NCBI GenBank assembly: GCA_963786955.1
Contig: CAWBAT010000003.1
Location: 128,001-192,000, forward strand
Direction of reading: 5' to 3'
Source: an uncultured Acidimicrobiia bacterium
GTDB lineage: Bacteria > Acidobacteriota > Terriglobia > Versatilivoradales > Versatilivoraceae
DNA: 64,000 nucleotides
The notes under the pieces are model-generated. The model saw only the letters and a list, made by a program, of their open reading frames with translations. It was not told where the DNA came from and ran no database searches. A program made the position numbers and the translations under genes. Every line of letters starts with the position of its first letter. Positions within the stretch are counted from its first letter, which is position 1. Below are positions 39,974 to 50,478 of this stretch, in pieces.

Positions 39974-42900
39974 TCACTCTTTTGTTATCGTTTCATCCAA
40001 ATTGAGAAGCACCCTTGAAACCGTCATCCAGGCAGCCAGTTGGACAGGGGTTGCTCCCTTTGGAAGCGCAGGGAGTTGTCCGTCATGGATTCCCGCCAAG
40101 TCCCATGGACTGATCCATCCATCTATCAGGCGTTGCTTTTGTTTGTTCAGTAGACCCAGCAATTCAGCCGACTCTTGTTCCGTTGGGGTTCTGGACAGAC
40201 AGCGTCGAAAAGCGTAGGTCAACCGGTTCTCGTCCGTTTCCCCGCCTTCTTGAAGCGTCCGCAAAGCTAGAGCCTGGGCAGTTTCGACAAAGAGCGGCTC
40301 ATTCAACATTGTTAATGCCTGCAGGGGTGTGTTGGATCGAGAACGCCGAACGCAAGACATGTCACCATTGGGCGTATCAAATACCTGCAACATCGGGTAG
40401 GGAACAGAACGGAACCGGAAGGTATAGAGTGCCCGGCGATAGCGGTCTTCGCCTTTGGCCTCATACCAGTTCTTCGGACCATAGCTGGCCGGAGGGACAA
40501 ACAAAAATTCCGGGGCTGGCGGATAGACACTCGGTCCTCCAATCTTGGGATTTAGCAGGCCGCTTGCCGACAACGCGATATCCCGCACAATCTCTCCGTC
40601 GACTCGAAATCGAGGGCCCCTGGCCAGCAGACGGTTATAGGGATCCCGAGCATAGAGTTCCGGTGTGACCTTAGAAGATTGCCGGTACGTTGCTGAAGTC
40701 ACTATCAGCCGGTGCAACTTCTTCATGCTCCAGCCGCGGTCCATGAATTCGACGGCCAACCAATCCAACAACTCCGGATGAGACGGCGGGTCGCATTGTC
40801 TTCCAAGGTCTTCGGCGGTACTGACGATTCCAGTACCAAAGTAGGACTGCCAGGTCCGGTTGACGATGGCACGCGCTGTGGTTGGAGCTTGACGATCCAC
40901 GATCCATTTTGCAAAAGTCAGGCGGGTGGGTGGTGCATTAGGCGGCAGGGGATTCAGGAAAGCGGGCACACCCTCAGTCACCACTTTAGCCGGTTTCAGA
41001 AAATCGCCCCGGGTCAGAATATGGGTCTCGCGTGGTTCTGTGCGAGCCTGGAGCACCAATTGTGACGAGCTTTCAGGATGCTCCCGCCACATTCCCTCAA
41101 TTTTTGTATTGGCTTCCTGCCAATCCGGGATAGTGGTTCGCCAGTAACTGAATACGGCCTGAACCTGGGCGGGGCTCCTTTGATCCTTAGGAATAGCCAG
41201 GATGTCTCGAACATTCTGAGGCACCGGATCCGCCGTAGGATTCGGTGCGGTGGTGATGGAGAGACGAAAACGGCCTAGATTGTGAGTTGTATTGTCGTCG
41301 CTATTCCATCCGCCGTGATTTTCCGTCAAAAATATTCTCAGTACATTTCCCTGCGGATTTGAAATGGGCTGTTCTGCCTGGAAGACCGCTTTTCGCGGGA
41401 GGTTGCGGCGAACCGGGCCCACATCAATCCCCCAGGCGGTCTCGTCTTTGCCGTCAATGGCAAATGTGACGGGTCCGGTCACGCGCCCGCGGTCTGTTTT
41501 ATCGTAGAAAATCGGTTCCAGTGGAGTCTCCGGCGGGTTCACGTCAGCCGTCGCCTTGACCATTTTTACTTTTGTGAATTTGTCAGGAGTTTCTTCCGCT
41601 GCGGCTTCGACTTCGAACTCGGTCAGAGCCCCGGTCCCTTTAGTCGAACGACCGGGCCCTCCTAACGGAAGGTTTGGATCGTTCATCAGTTCCAGACGGA
41701 AACCGGTAATATTCTCAACATCCGTCTTGACGGTCAACTTTACGCGATGTTTTCCGGGAGCGTAGCCTCTGGCACAGGAAGGAACCATCTTTCATGGGCA
41801 GGTACTTCTGCCCTCCGGCAGTATCCGCTTCCACGCTCGGGAGGATAACAATCCACTCCGGTAGATCGTGGCTGCCTTTTTCTTCCCATTGAGCCATCCG
41901 TTCCTGCCAACCTGGATTGCGATGCTGGAGTTCTGCTTCCACTTCACCGATCTTCCGGTAAATTTCTGCCCGCTTCATTTGCTGATCTGGTGTGTAGACC
42001 GCCACGTTTGCTTCATATGAATTATTCAGAAAGGCAAAAATCTGGTAATACTCTTCCTGCTTCAGCGGGTCATATTTATGGTTATGGCACTGGGCACATT
42101 GAATCGTGATGCCCAGGATGCTCTTCCCGACTGCATCCATGCGATCGAACATGGCTTCCATGCGAAACTGCTCCGGATCAATGCCACCCTCCTCATTAAT
42201 CATGGAATTCCGCAAGAATCCGGTGGCCACGATCTGATCTTGGGTCGGATTGGGGAGCTGATCTCCGGCCAGTTGATCGATAATAAATTGATTGTAAGGC
42301 AAATCCCGGTTCAAGGATTTAATCACCCAATCCCGATAAAACCAGACCCAGCGCTGTTTGTCTTTTTCATAGCCATCAGAGTCTGCGTAACGCGCCGCAT
42401 CCAGCCAACTGCGTCCCCAACGTTCTCCATAGTGAGGTGAGCCTAAGAGTCTGTCGACTTGTTTCTCATAGGCATCCTTGCTTGTGTCCTTGAGAAAGGC
42501 ATCGATTTCTTCAAGAGTGGGAGGGAGTCCCACTAGGTCGAGGCTCAGCCGCCTCAGAAGTGTCACTCGATCCGCTTCCGGTGAGGGTTTCAGCCCTTCC
42601 TTCTCGAGGCGTGCCAAGACAAAGAAGTCGATGGGGTTTAAAGGCCATTTGGAATCCTGAACCGTTGGCAAAGGCGGAAGGACTGGAGGGATGAAAGCCC
42701 AGTGCTTTTTGACTTCTGCTCCAGCAACTCCCACTCCTTCCGGCCAGTCGGAACCCTGGTCGATCCAGGCCTTGATGAGAGCGATCTGGGCGGCAGGTAG
42801 AGCTTCGCCGCCCATGGGCATCCTGGGCTGGTCTCCGAGGCCGGCGACCCGCTGATACAGGTGGCTATCAGACGAATTGCCAGGAACAATGCTTTTCCCC

Positions 42901-43148
42901 CCCAAGGCGAGCTGACGGGAATCAAGCCGAAGTCCTCCCATCTGCATTTTTTCGCCATGGCAGCTGTAACAAGACTTCTCAAAAATGGGCTGAATGTCTT
43001 TGACGAAGTCAACTTTAGCCGGAGTGGCTGCTGCCGGGGTTCCTTGAGCCCAGATTATTGCCACCCAACCCACCAGGGCAGCGAAAAATAAGGCAAATCT
43101 AGGTGCAGCCATTTTCCTGTATCTCGCTGATTTTATCTTCCCACTCAT
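39974..43148 (-). CDS. Planctomycete cytochrome c / DUF1549 / DUF1553 protein (frameshift near 41765)
   Basis: CYSCHG..GGLRLD, HWAF, NPIDFFV, WLDAARYADSDG, CAQCHNHKYDP; PSHPELLDWLA, SNTPLQAL, VLLNLDE. Confidence 0.9.
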
Positions 43149-43704
43149 GATCGGTTATCAATCCTTAAGTATAATAGCTTCAAATTCATGAACGCTTATT
43201 CCATCCTAAACCAAAGACGAATTGGAATTCGTCAAGAGAAAAGCCTATCTATTCCTTCAAACCTACTATGATACATAAACTTAGTCCAAATTTCACCTCA
43301 AGACAAGGGAGTTTGTTTCTCCTTAACTTGTGATTTTGATGGTTAAAGGTAAAGTGCAGTTTATTGGCGCAGTTTAGATCTATTGCTTTCTTTTAGTGTT
43401 CTTACAGAGGATTTAGTCTATAAGATGCACACTTCGCTGATTTTTATGCTTCTGAGCAGTTAATCTTCTTGGACTCAAATCGGTGTTTCTTTAAAGCAAA
43501 TGGGGCCAAGTGGAATTTTACGCGACGCAAACTCTGCAAGCGATCTTGGTGAGTACATTTCCACGACGCCGTATCTTCATGAGCCCATACCGTTCTTTTG
43601 CATTCTTAAGAGGTGGCTCGATCACCTTTTGTTACCCAGATCCGGACCGTGACGAAGGCCGGGGGAACTAGAGACTTAATCTATTCAAATTTAAGGGGAA
43701 AATT

Positions 43705-44253
43705 ATGAAAAAAGTATTTTGGATTAGCTGCTTGGTGCTGCTGCTCGCGGTGCCGGTTAGCGCCCAGAGAGTGAAAGTAAAGACAGGGTATGATAAGCAA
43801 ATTGATTTCTCGAAGTACAAGACCTATAAGTTCGGACTGGGTTTGCCCGTAGCCAATATGACCGTCAACCAGCAAATCTTTGCCAACATGGAACAGTCAT
43901 TGACTGCCCTCGGCCTGACAAAGGTAGATGGATCCACGAAGGCGGATATCGAGGTGAGCTATTTTGGAGGTCTCGGCTCACCATTGACAATCCCCCCGCG
44001 AGCGGAATACGTTGCTCCAGCTTGGGTGGGATATTGGGCGCCAGTATACACAACAATGGTGGCCCAGACGTCTGCCGTAGTTACAGGTGAACTTCAGTTT
44101 GAAATTCGCGATCTCAGCACGAATCATCTGGTCTGGCAAACCTATGCATCACAGAACATCCTGGATTCCACTCTGACGAATCCCAAGAAGCTATCCGAAG
44201 TCGTGCACAATATGATTGAGAAGGTCTTCGACAAATATCCCAAAAATAAATGA
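43705..44253 (+). CDS. DUF4136-like secreted protein
   Basis: Signal peptide, YDKQIDFSKYKTY, GELQFEIRD..LVWQ, VFDKYP. Confidence 0.75.
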   Translation: MKKVFWISCLVLLLAVPVSAQRVKVKTGYDKQIDFSKYKTYKFGLGLPVANMTVNQQIFANMEQSLTALGLTKVDGSTKADIEVSYFGGLGSPLTIPPRAEYVAPAWVGYWAPVYTTMVAQTSAVVTGELQFEIRDLSTNHLVWQTYASQNILDSTLTNPKKLSEVVHNMIEKVFDKYPKNK

Positions 44254-44310
44254 GTGTGGAGTTGCCTTAGAATGTGAAGACAAGCCAGCTTGGCCTGAGC
44301 AGGAACCACA

Positions 44311-44660
44311 ATGAGCGCTGACTTGGTAAGCGCCACTAAGGGCATCATCACTTTAAAGGTTTCGGGCAAGCTGACGCAACCCGAGTTGGACGCCGTCCAG
44401 GAAAAGGCACTAGCGGGGGCGTCCGCCAATTCGGGAAAATGCGCCTGCTTATACTCGCCGGGGATTTCCAGAGCTGAAAGCGGGGAGGCGACTAGGGAGA
44501 TCTGTCGTTTTTCGATGAGAGCGACGAATATCTGGAAAAGATCGCCATTGTCGGAGACAAGAAGTGGGGAAATTTGGTGCTGATCCTTATTGGTAAAGGC
44601 TTGCGGCGTTAGTACTTTCACCCTGAAGAAGCCGCCAATGCCCAAGCTGGGTTGATGGAG
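44311..44660 (+). pseudogene. Degraded SpoIIAA-like (STAS/SEC14) gene
   Basis: ITLKVSGKLT in one frame, EKIAIVGDKKW...GKGLRR-stop-YFHPEE in another; both a frameshift and an in-frame stop. Confidence 0.55.
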
Positions 44661-45044
44661 AACTCGTCGCATCTCAACCGCTGCTTCATGCCCGCCAGTG
44701 TTACTCGACTACTTCGATCAGGCGCCGATCTCCTTTTACAGGAATCCGAGTACCAAGGTCGCGAATCCGGATTGACCAGAGCACGGGTGGCTGCCGCGCC
44801 GAGTTGGGCGCGGGCTGATCCGGTCTATCCCGCGACTTCACTGCGGACGCCATAGATATCGCAAACAATTGAGGACATCATCGGCAGTGGATCCATGACC
44901 CGAGCTGAAATTTCCTGTTTGGTACTATTTTGTAATCTGACTATTCAATTGCCGGATGTTACCGAAAAGGAGTGTACGGAAGTCGGTGTGGATTGAATTC
45001 CAGTCGCAGGGTTAGGCAGTGTGGTTTGCTAAAGAGAGTCAGAC

Positions 45045-45593
45045 TTGAAAAGCGCAATATCCTACCCAGATTGGGTCCTTGAAATTGTATCTCCCGGCGT
45101 TGTTCACAAGAGCCCGGAGGATTTGATGCGAATCTGCATCAGGATTGCGTTAGCCAATATCAAAAGGACGAAGGGAGGACCTTTTGGTGCAATTATGGCA
45201 ACGGACAAAGGGGAAGTTGTTTCCATCGGTTACAACCAGGTTGTCCCATGCAATGATTCCACCAGCCACGCCGAAATAGTAGCCCTTCGACATGCCGAGC
45301 AACTGTTTGGAACATTCTGCCTCAGAAGTCATGGACTACCTAAGCTCCGCCTTTTTACCAGCTGCGCTCCCTGCATCATGTGTACTGGCGCAATCCACTG
45401 GGCCGGAGTTCCTGAAGTAGTTGCGGGTGCCCGCCGTGAAGATGCAGAGGGTATTGGGTTCCTCGAGGGGCCCACGGATATGGATGTTCCGGGATTTATG
45501 AAAAAGAGAGAGATCACCTATCAATGCGACTTTTTGCGGGACGAAGTCCTCGAGGTGTTTAAACAATACAAGGGCTTGATTTACAATGGATAG
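45045..45593 (+). CDS. Nucleoside/nucleobase deaminase (cytidine-deaminase fold, GuaD-like)
   Basis: GGPFGA, HAEIVALR, CAPCIMC, AIHWAG. Confidence 0.88.
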   Translation: MKSAISYPDWVLEIVSPGVVHKSPEDLMRICIRIALANIKRTKGGPFGAIMATDKGEVVSIGYNQVVPCNDSTSHAEIVALRHAEQLFGTFCLRSHGLPKLRLFTSCAPCIMCTGAIHWAGVPEVVAGARREDAEGIGFLEGPTDMDVPGFMKKREITYQCDFLRDEVLEVFKQYKGLIYNG

Positions 45594-45860
45594 TTAGATT
45601 TTGCTCCTTATCCATTTTCCGCGACCCGGATTCCACGAGAGTTTGCAAGGCGTCCAGCTTGTTCGACCAGCTGAGTCGAGGAATTTCCCAAAAGGGTCTG
45701 CGTCCATTGGAGACGGCTTCAGTCATTGCATTCCCGCAATGGTATCGAGAATTGGCCTCGCTTCGGTTGGTCTCTTATTGTTTGAATTGACTTGGCGCGA
45801 GGCGGCTTCGTCAGGTTCAGTGGGACTCATGCCGGATGTTTTGGTTAAGTACGGGACAAG

Positions 45861-48611
45861 ATGAAGGGAAAACCAGAAATCGAGAGACAAGGGGTTGGCC
45901 CTGGTCGATTGATCAGACCCGGTAACCCTTTTTCTGAATTCCGACGCGAGGACATCGAACAGTCCATTCCAGCGCGATTCTCCCAGCGGGTCGCTCTTGC
46001 TCCAGATGCAATTGCCGTCAGCACGGAAGGTGGCTCACTCACTTATTCCGAGCTTGACCGGTTGAGCAATCGGATTGCACATAGCATCTTAGAGTTCTCT
46101 GGGGTGGGGGCGGAGCCCGTGCCCTTCCTTCTCGATCAGGGAGCCACGGCGGTTGCGGCTATCCTCGGAGTGTTGAAAGCCGGCAAGTTTTACGTGCCCC
46201 TAGAACCTTCTCACCCACCATCAAGAATCGCGGCCGTGCTTGTGGATGCTGGTGCGAGACTTATTATCACGGCAGGTGAACACCGCCGTTTGGCGGAGCA
46301 ACTGGGTGGGCAGTTGAAGGTCGTTGACCTCGATAGTCTCGACGTTGGATTCCCATCCGATTCACCAGCGGTTTCGCTCGGTCCTGATCACTTGGCTTAC
46401 CTTTTTTACACTTCGGGTTCCACCGGCAAACCGAAGGGCGTCTTCGACAACCATCGGAACGTCTTGCACAATGTCCTGCGATACACCAACACACTTCACA
46501 TCGCTTCCACGGATCGGTTGAGCCTTCTACAATCGTGTAGTTTTAGCGGCACGGTATCGAGCCTCTTCAGTGCTCTCCTGAACGGAGGCTCAGTCTGCCC
46601 TCTCAACATTCAGGGCGCAGGGCCATCGGAGCTAGCCAATTGGATCAATCATCTGGAAATTACGATATATCATTCTGTTCCTGCCCTGTTCCGAAGTTTT
46701 CTCGAAGGCGACCGGTATTTTCCGACCGTGAGGCTCATCCGCCTGGAAGGCGATCAGGCCGCGAAGATGGATTTCGAACTCTTTCGGAGACATTTTTCGC
46801 CTGCCTGTATCCTGGTCAACGGGCTCGGAACAACGGAGACTGGAATTGCCAGCCAGTTCTTTATGGACCGAGAAAGCATTGTAGAGAGTGCGCACCTTCC
46901 GATAGGTTTTCCGACTCCCGATGTGAAGCTCTTGCTGTTGGATCATGACGGCCAGCCAATAGCGAATGGCCACGTCGGCGAGATCGGGGTCCAGAGCGAT
47001 TTTCTCGCCCTCGGATATTGGCAAAATCCCGAACTGACCCAGACTGCCTTCGCGTCGTCATCTCTACCGGACAGTCAGCGTCTTTACAGGACCGGCGATC
47101 GGGCCCGGCTCGGCTCCGACGGTTGCTTCGAGTACTTAGGGCGTGAAGATTTCAGGATCAAGATCCTCGGTCAGACGGTTGAAGCCGCCGAGGTGGAATC
47201 AGCACTCACCGGGCTCTCGGCAGTCAAGGACGCTCTTGTGGTAGCCCGCGAAGATCCCCGGGGGGAACGTCAGCTTGTCGCATACATTATCCCGGCTTTG
47301 GCCGTTCGACCCACTGTGACACAAATTCGCCGCATGCTCCTTGGCTTGCTTCCCAGCTTTATGGTTCCCTCACACTATATCTTTCTCGAGGAATTTCCTC
47401 TTAGCTCAAACAAAAAAGTAGACCGTCGGAAGTTGCCCGAACCCGGCTGGTCAACCGTCCTTGCGGATCGGCCGCCCATCGCACCCCGTTCTCTACTTGA
47501 GACTCAACTCGTCCAAATTTGGGAAGAGATTCTGGGCGTCGGTCCCATTGGCCTGACTGACGACTTTTTCGAAATAGGCGGACACTCGTTGCTTGCGGCT
47601 CGGATGCTGGAATCCATCGAGACGATGTTTGGGAAGAGGATTCCACCCTCTTTTCTGCTTGGCGGTGCAACCGTCGATCGCTTGACTCACGCTCTCACGA
47701 GCGACTCAGTCGATCTTCGTTTGCCTTTCGTTGAGATCCGTCGAGGCCGAATTAGCCCGCCATTCTTCTTTTTGCACGGAGACTATAATAGTGGGGGGTT
47801 TTACTGTCTTAACTTATCCCGGTTTTTGAATGCCGACGAGACTTTCTACGCCCTTCCTCCTCAGCATACTGACCTCCCGACGTTTCCGCGGACATTTGAG
47901 GCGATGTCGAATGCATATGTTGACACGTTGCAACGGCTCCAACCACAGGGGCCGTATTTCCTGGGTGGTGTCTGTAACGGCGGTCACGTCGCGTTCGAGA
48001 TGGCGCGGTCGCTCGAAGCAAGAGGCCAACAGGTTGCGTTGCTGGTGATTATCCGGGCCACGGCTACAAACGTCCGACACGTTGGCGCATGGCGGCTGTT
48101 GAAGTCATTAGGGATTCTCTTGGATCGGGACAACGAATGGCAGAGAGAATGGTTTCAACGCTGGCGATGGTTCGTCCAAAACCTTGAGAACTGCCCAAAG
48201 AAGGCGCGCCCCGCATTCGTGCTAGAAAAGCTCAGAAGACTTGCCGAGCGGTTGAGTTCGAGCCTCTCACAAAGCTCGAACTCAAAGTTTGCACTTTCCC
48301 GGGACGCACTGCCAGAGCCTGCCAGCACGGAGGCTTCTCTCACCTCTAGCTTATCCGAGCCCTATCGCTACCTCGAGGAGACCTTTGTTCCGAGAAATTA
48401 CTCAGGACGGATCACGCTTTTCTGGCCGACGGATGATGAGGAGAGCCCCCAGGATGCGGCCTCCCGCTGGAGCAAAGTTGCTCGGGACGTTGAACTCCAT
48501 GTCCTCCCCGGCGATCACCTCACGTGCCTCACGAAACATGCATCTGTGCTGTCTCGGGAGCTGCAAACTTGCCTATCGAAAGCGAGGCACAGTTTGATTG
48601 CCGCGAAGTGA
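45861..48611 (+). CDS. Stand-alone NRPS-like protein, A-PCP-TE, no condensation domain
   Basis: YTSGSTGKPKG, YRTGD, KKVDR; PCP DDFFEIGGHSLLA; TE GPYFLGGVCNGG and PGDH. Confidence 0.92.
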   Translation: MKGKPEIERQGVGPGRLIRPGNPFSEFRREDIEQSIPARFSQRVALAPDAIAVSTEGGSLTYSELDRLSNRIAHSILEFSGVGAEPVPFLLDQGATAVAAILGVLKAGKFYVPLEPSHPPSRIAAVLVDAGARLIITAGEHRRLAEQLGGQLKVVDLDSLDVGFPSDSPAVSLGPDHLAYLFYTSGSTGKPKGVFDNHRNVLHNVLRYTNTLHIASTDRLSLLQSCSFSGTVSSLFSALLNGGSVCPLNIQGAGPSELANWINHLEITIYHSVPALFRSFLEGDRYFPTVRLIRLEGDQAAKMDFELFRRHFSPACILVNGLGTTETGIASQFFMDRESIVESAHLPIGFPTPDVKLLLLDHDGQPIANGHVGEIGVQSDFLALGYWQNPELTQTAFASSSLPDSQRLYRTGDRARLGSDGCFEYLGREDFRIKILGQTVEAAEVESALTGLSAVKDALVVAREDPRGERQLVAYIIPALAVRPTVTQIRRMLLGLLPSFMVPSHYIFLEEFPLSSNKKVDRRKLPEPGWSTVLADRPPIAPRSLLETQLVQIWEEILGVGPIGLTDDFFEIGGHSLLAARMLESIETMFGKRIPPSFLLGGATVDRLTHALTSDSVDLRLPFVEIRRGRISPPFFFLHGDYNSGGFYCLNLSRFLNADETFYALPPQHTDLPTFPRTFEAMSNAYVDTLQRLQPQGPYFLGGVCNGGHVAFEMARSLEARGQQVALLVIIRATATNVRHVGAWRLLKSLGILLDRDNEWQREWFQRWRWFVQNLENCPKKARPAFVLEKLRRLAERLSSSLSQSSNSKFALSRDALPEPASTEASLTSSLSEPYRYLEETFVPRNYSGRITLFWPTDDEESPQDAASRWSKVARDVELHVLPGDHLTCLTKHASVLSRELQTCLSKARHSLIAAK

Positions 48612-48731
48612 ACTGAGCTTTGTATCATTCCGCGTTGAACCGGCAAGAATTCTCCCCACAAATGGCGGTGGGCGGAGATGGGTACACAGTGCGGCAATTT
48701 AACTGGCCCGATTCCTCCCCACGGTGGCCTA

Positions 48732-49577
48732 TCAACCCCTCTTCAAACGCGCCTCGATGAGTCCGGATGGTGTCTCCGTCGGCACAAAGATTTCCCCATC
48801 GTTTTCGAGACCGAACGGCGAAAGATCGATGAGTAGACAGTGACGATTTGGAAGGGAGAGCAGGATCTCGCCGATTGCGTCGTTCTGTTCCAGAACAGCA
48901 CTACCGAGGACATGAAGCGTTTGCTGAAGCGAGGCGCTCTGGTGGGTTGCAAATCGCTCGAGCAACAGAACTCGTGCCTGCTGCCAGCAACTGTCAAAGT
49001 CGATCTCGGTATTGAGGTATGACCAGAGGGCATGAATCTCCGTGGACAGAATTCGGCTGCTCGCATCCTCGAGCGTCGTGTAGTCGTCGCGGAGAAAGCC
49101 TTCGAAGCGAGAATCGCTGGTCTTGAGGACCGCCAGGCCTTCAATCCCCGAGGCGATACTGACCTGTTCTCGGGTACCGCTCACCCTGGCCAGGCGCCGC
49201 TCTCCAGCTTTCCTGTAGAAGGCAGTCCCATGAGACTCCCCTGCCGCTTCGATGCGTTCCCAAAGCACTCCTGAGAAGTTGATTGTTAGTTGCATTATTT
49301 GCTGGTGGTCGTCGAGGAACTGGCGCAGGAGTCTCAAACCGAACTGTTCCATGCTCTCGCCCCCATGACCGCGAGCCATAGCATAGATCCTGTTCCGCAT
49401 ACTGTCCGTCGGGAGAACTTTCCTGTTGTCTCCATGGGTGTATGTGTCCTCGAAGTCGCCACTCGCGCTGACGTCTACTGACCAGTCGTCCAGTTCGTGG
49501 CGGTCGGGAAAGCGCTTCACTCGGAGAAGTCGAACGCCGGTCTTGCCGTAATTATTATCGACGAGAACTGCAACCAT
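48732..49577 (-). CDS. pucL: Urate oxidase (uricase)
   Basis: YGKTGVR, GDN..VLPTDSMRN, VLKTSDSRFEGF, SASLQ, LPNRH, PSGLIE. Confidence 0.9.
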   Translation of the reverse strand: MVAVLVDNNYGKTGVRLLRVKRFPDRHELDDWSVDVSASGDFEDTYTHGDNRKVLPTDSMRNRIYAMARGHGGESMEQFGLRLLRQFLDDHQQIMQLTINFSGVLWERIEAAGESHGTAFYRKAGERRLARVSGTREQVSIASGIEGLAVLKTSDSRFEGFLRDDYTTLEDASSRILSTEIHALWSYLNTEIDFDSCWQQARVLLLERFATHQSASLQQTLHVLGSAVLEQNDAIGEILLSLPNRHCLLIDLSPFGLENDGEIFVPTETPSGLIEARLKRG

Positions 49578-49580
49578 CTG

Positions 49581-49925
49581 TCACCTCCCGCGGTAAGTTG
49601 AGTATCCGTAAGGACTCAAAAGAAGGGGAATGTGGTAGTGCTCGATTGGGTCTTCAATATGGAACGTGACCGTAACTTCAGTATAGAAACTTGCTGTGCC
49701 GAGAGAACGGAAATATTCGGCCGTTTCGAAGGTAAGACGATAGGTTCCCGTCGTGAGAACCTGTTGCACGTCGAGTAGATCAGGGATGCGACCATCCCCA
49801 TCCGTGATTCTGCTGGCCAACAACTCCCATTGATTTGCGGAGGAGAGATGATGCAGCCATACCGCGATGCCGCTCGCGGGCTGACCGCGCATGGTATCCA
49901 GAACATGGATCGTGATTGCGCTCAT
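49581..49925 (-). CDS. uraH: 5-hydroxyisourate hydrolase (transthyretin-like)
   Basis: HVLD..GQPA, TDGDGR, HYHIPLLLSPYGYSTYRG. Confidence 0.93.
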   Translation of the reverse strand: MSAITIHVLDTMRGQPASGIAVWLHHLSSANQWELLASRITDGDGRIPDLLDVQQVLTTGTYRLTFETAEYFRSLGTASFYTEVTVTFHIEDPIEHYHIPLLLSPYGYSTYRGR

Positions 49926-50440
49926 ATTTCTAAAAGGAGCTTTCGCAGTCTGAGCTGTGTGATCTTGCTTTGCTCTTCGGCTGCAGTTTGGAGCTCCCCC
50001 TCCTTATCTTTCTTCAGCCGCTCGATCAGCAGCTGCAAAATCTCTTGGTAGCTTTTCCCGGTCGCACAGATGACGAATGGGAATCCAAATTTATCCAGGT
50101 AGGCTCGGTTGAGCTCTCCGAGGGCATCCAAGGCTCGTTGAGTCGCAACCTGAACGCCTGATTGTTCCTCGGTCGACCATTGTTTTGTGTCTTTCGGTTG
50201 TGAGGAAGCTGATGAGGTTTCGCCGATCTTCGGATGAGCCCACAGAGCTTCCTGCCAATCGTCTGGCCCGAGATACGACCAGACTTGGTCTGCTGCGTCG
50301 AAAAGCTCCTGGACAGATCGAAACGGGCGTTTCTTTAACATTTGCCGCGCCCATTGAGTCGAACTGCAGCATCTCATGAATTCGCGTTCCACGCTTCGAT
50401 CATCAGCCGTATTGAGTCGAAGAAGTCCTGGCTTCAGCAT
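49922..50440 (-). CDS. uraD: OHCU decarboxylase
   Basis: AHPKIG, EQSGV, NRAYLDKFGFPFVICATG, EQSKITQLRL. Confidence 0.92.
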   Translation of the reverse strand: MLKPGLLRLNTADDRSVEREFMRCCSSTQWARQMLKKRPFRSVQELFDAADQVWSYLGPDDWQEALWAHPKIGETSSASSQPKDTKQWSTEEQSGVQVATQRALDALGELNRAYLDKFGFPFVICATGKSYQEILQLLIERLKKDKEGELQTAAEEQSKITQLRLRKLLLEI

Positions 50441-50478
50441 AGCCGCATCAACCTGTGCCGTCTTCTAGTAGGGTCGAG

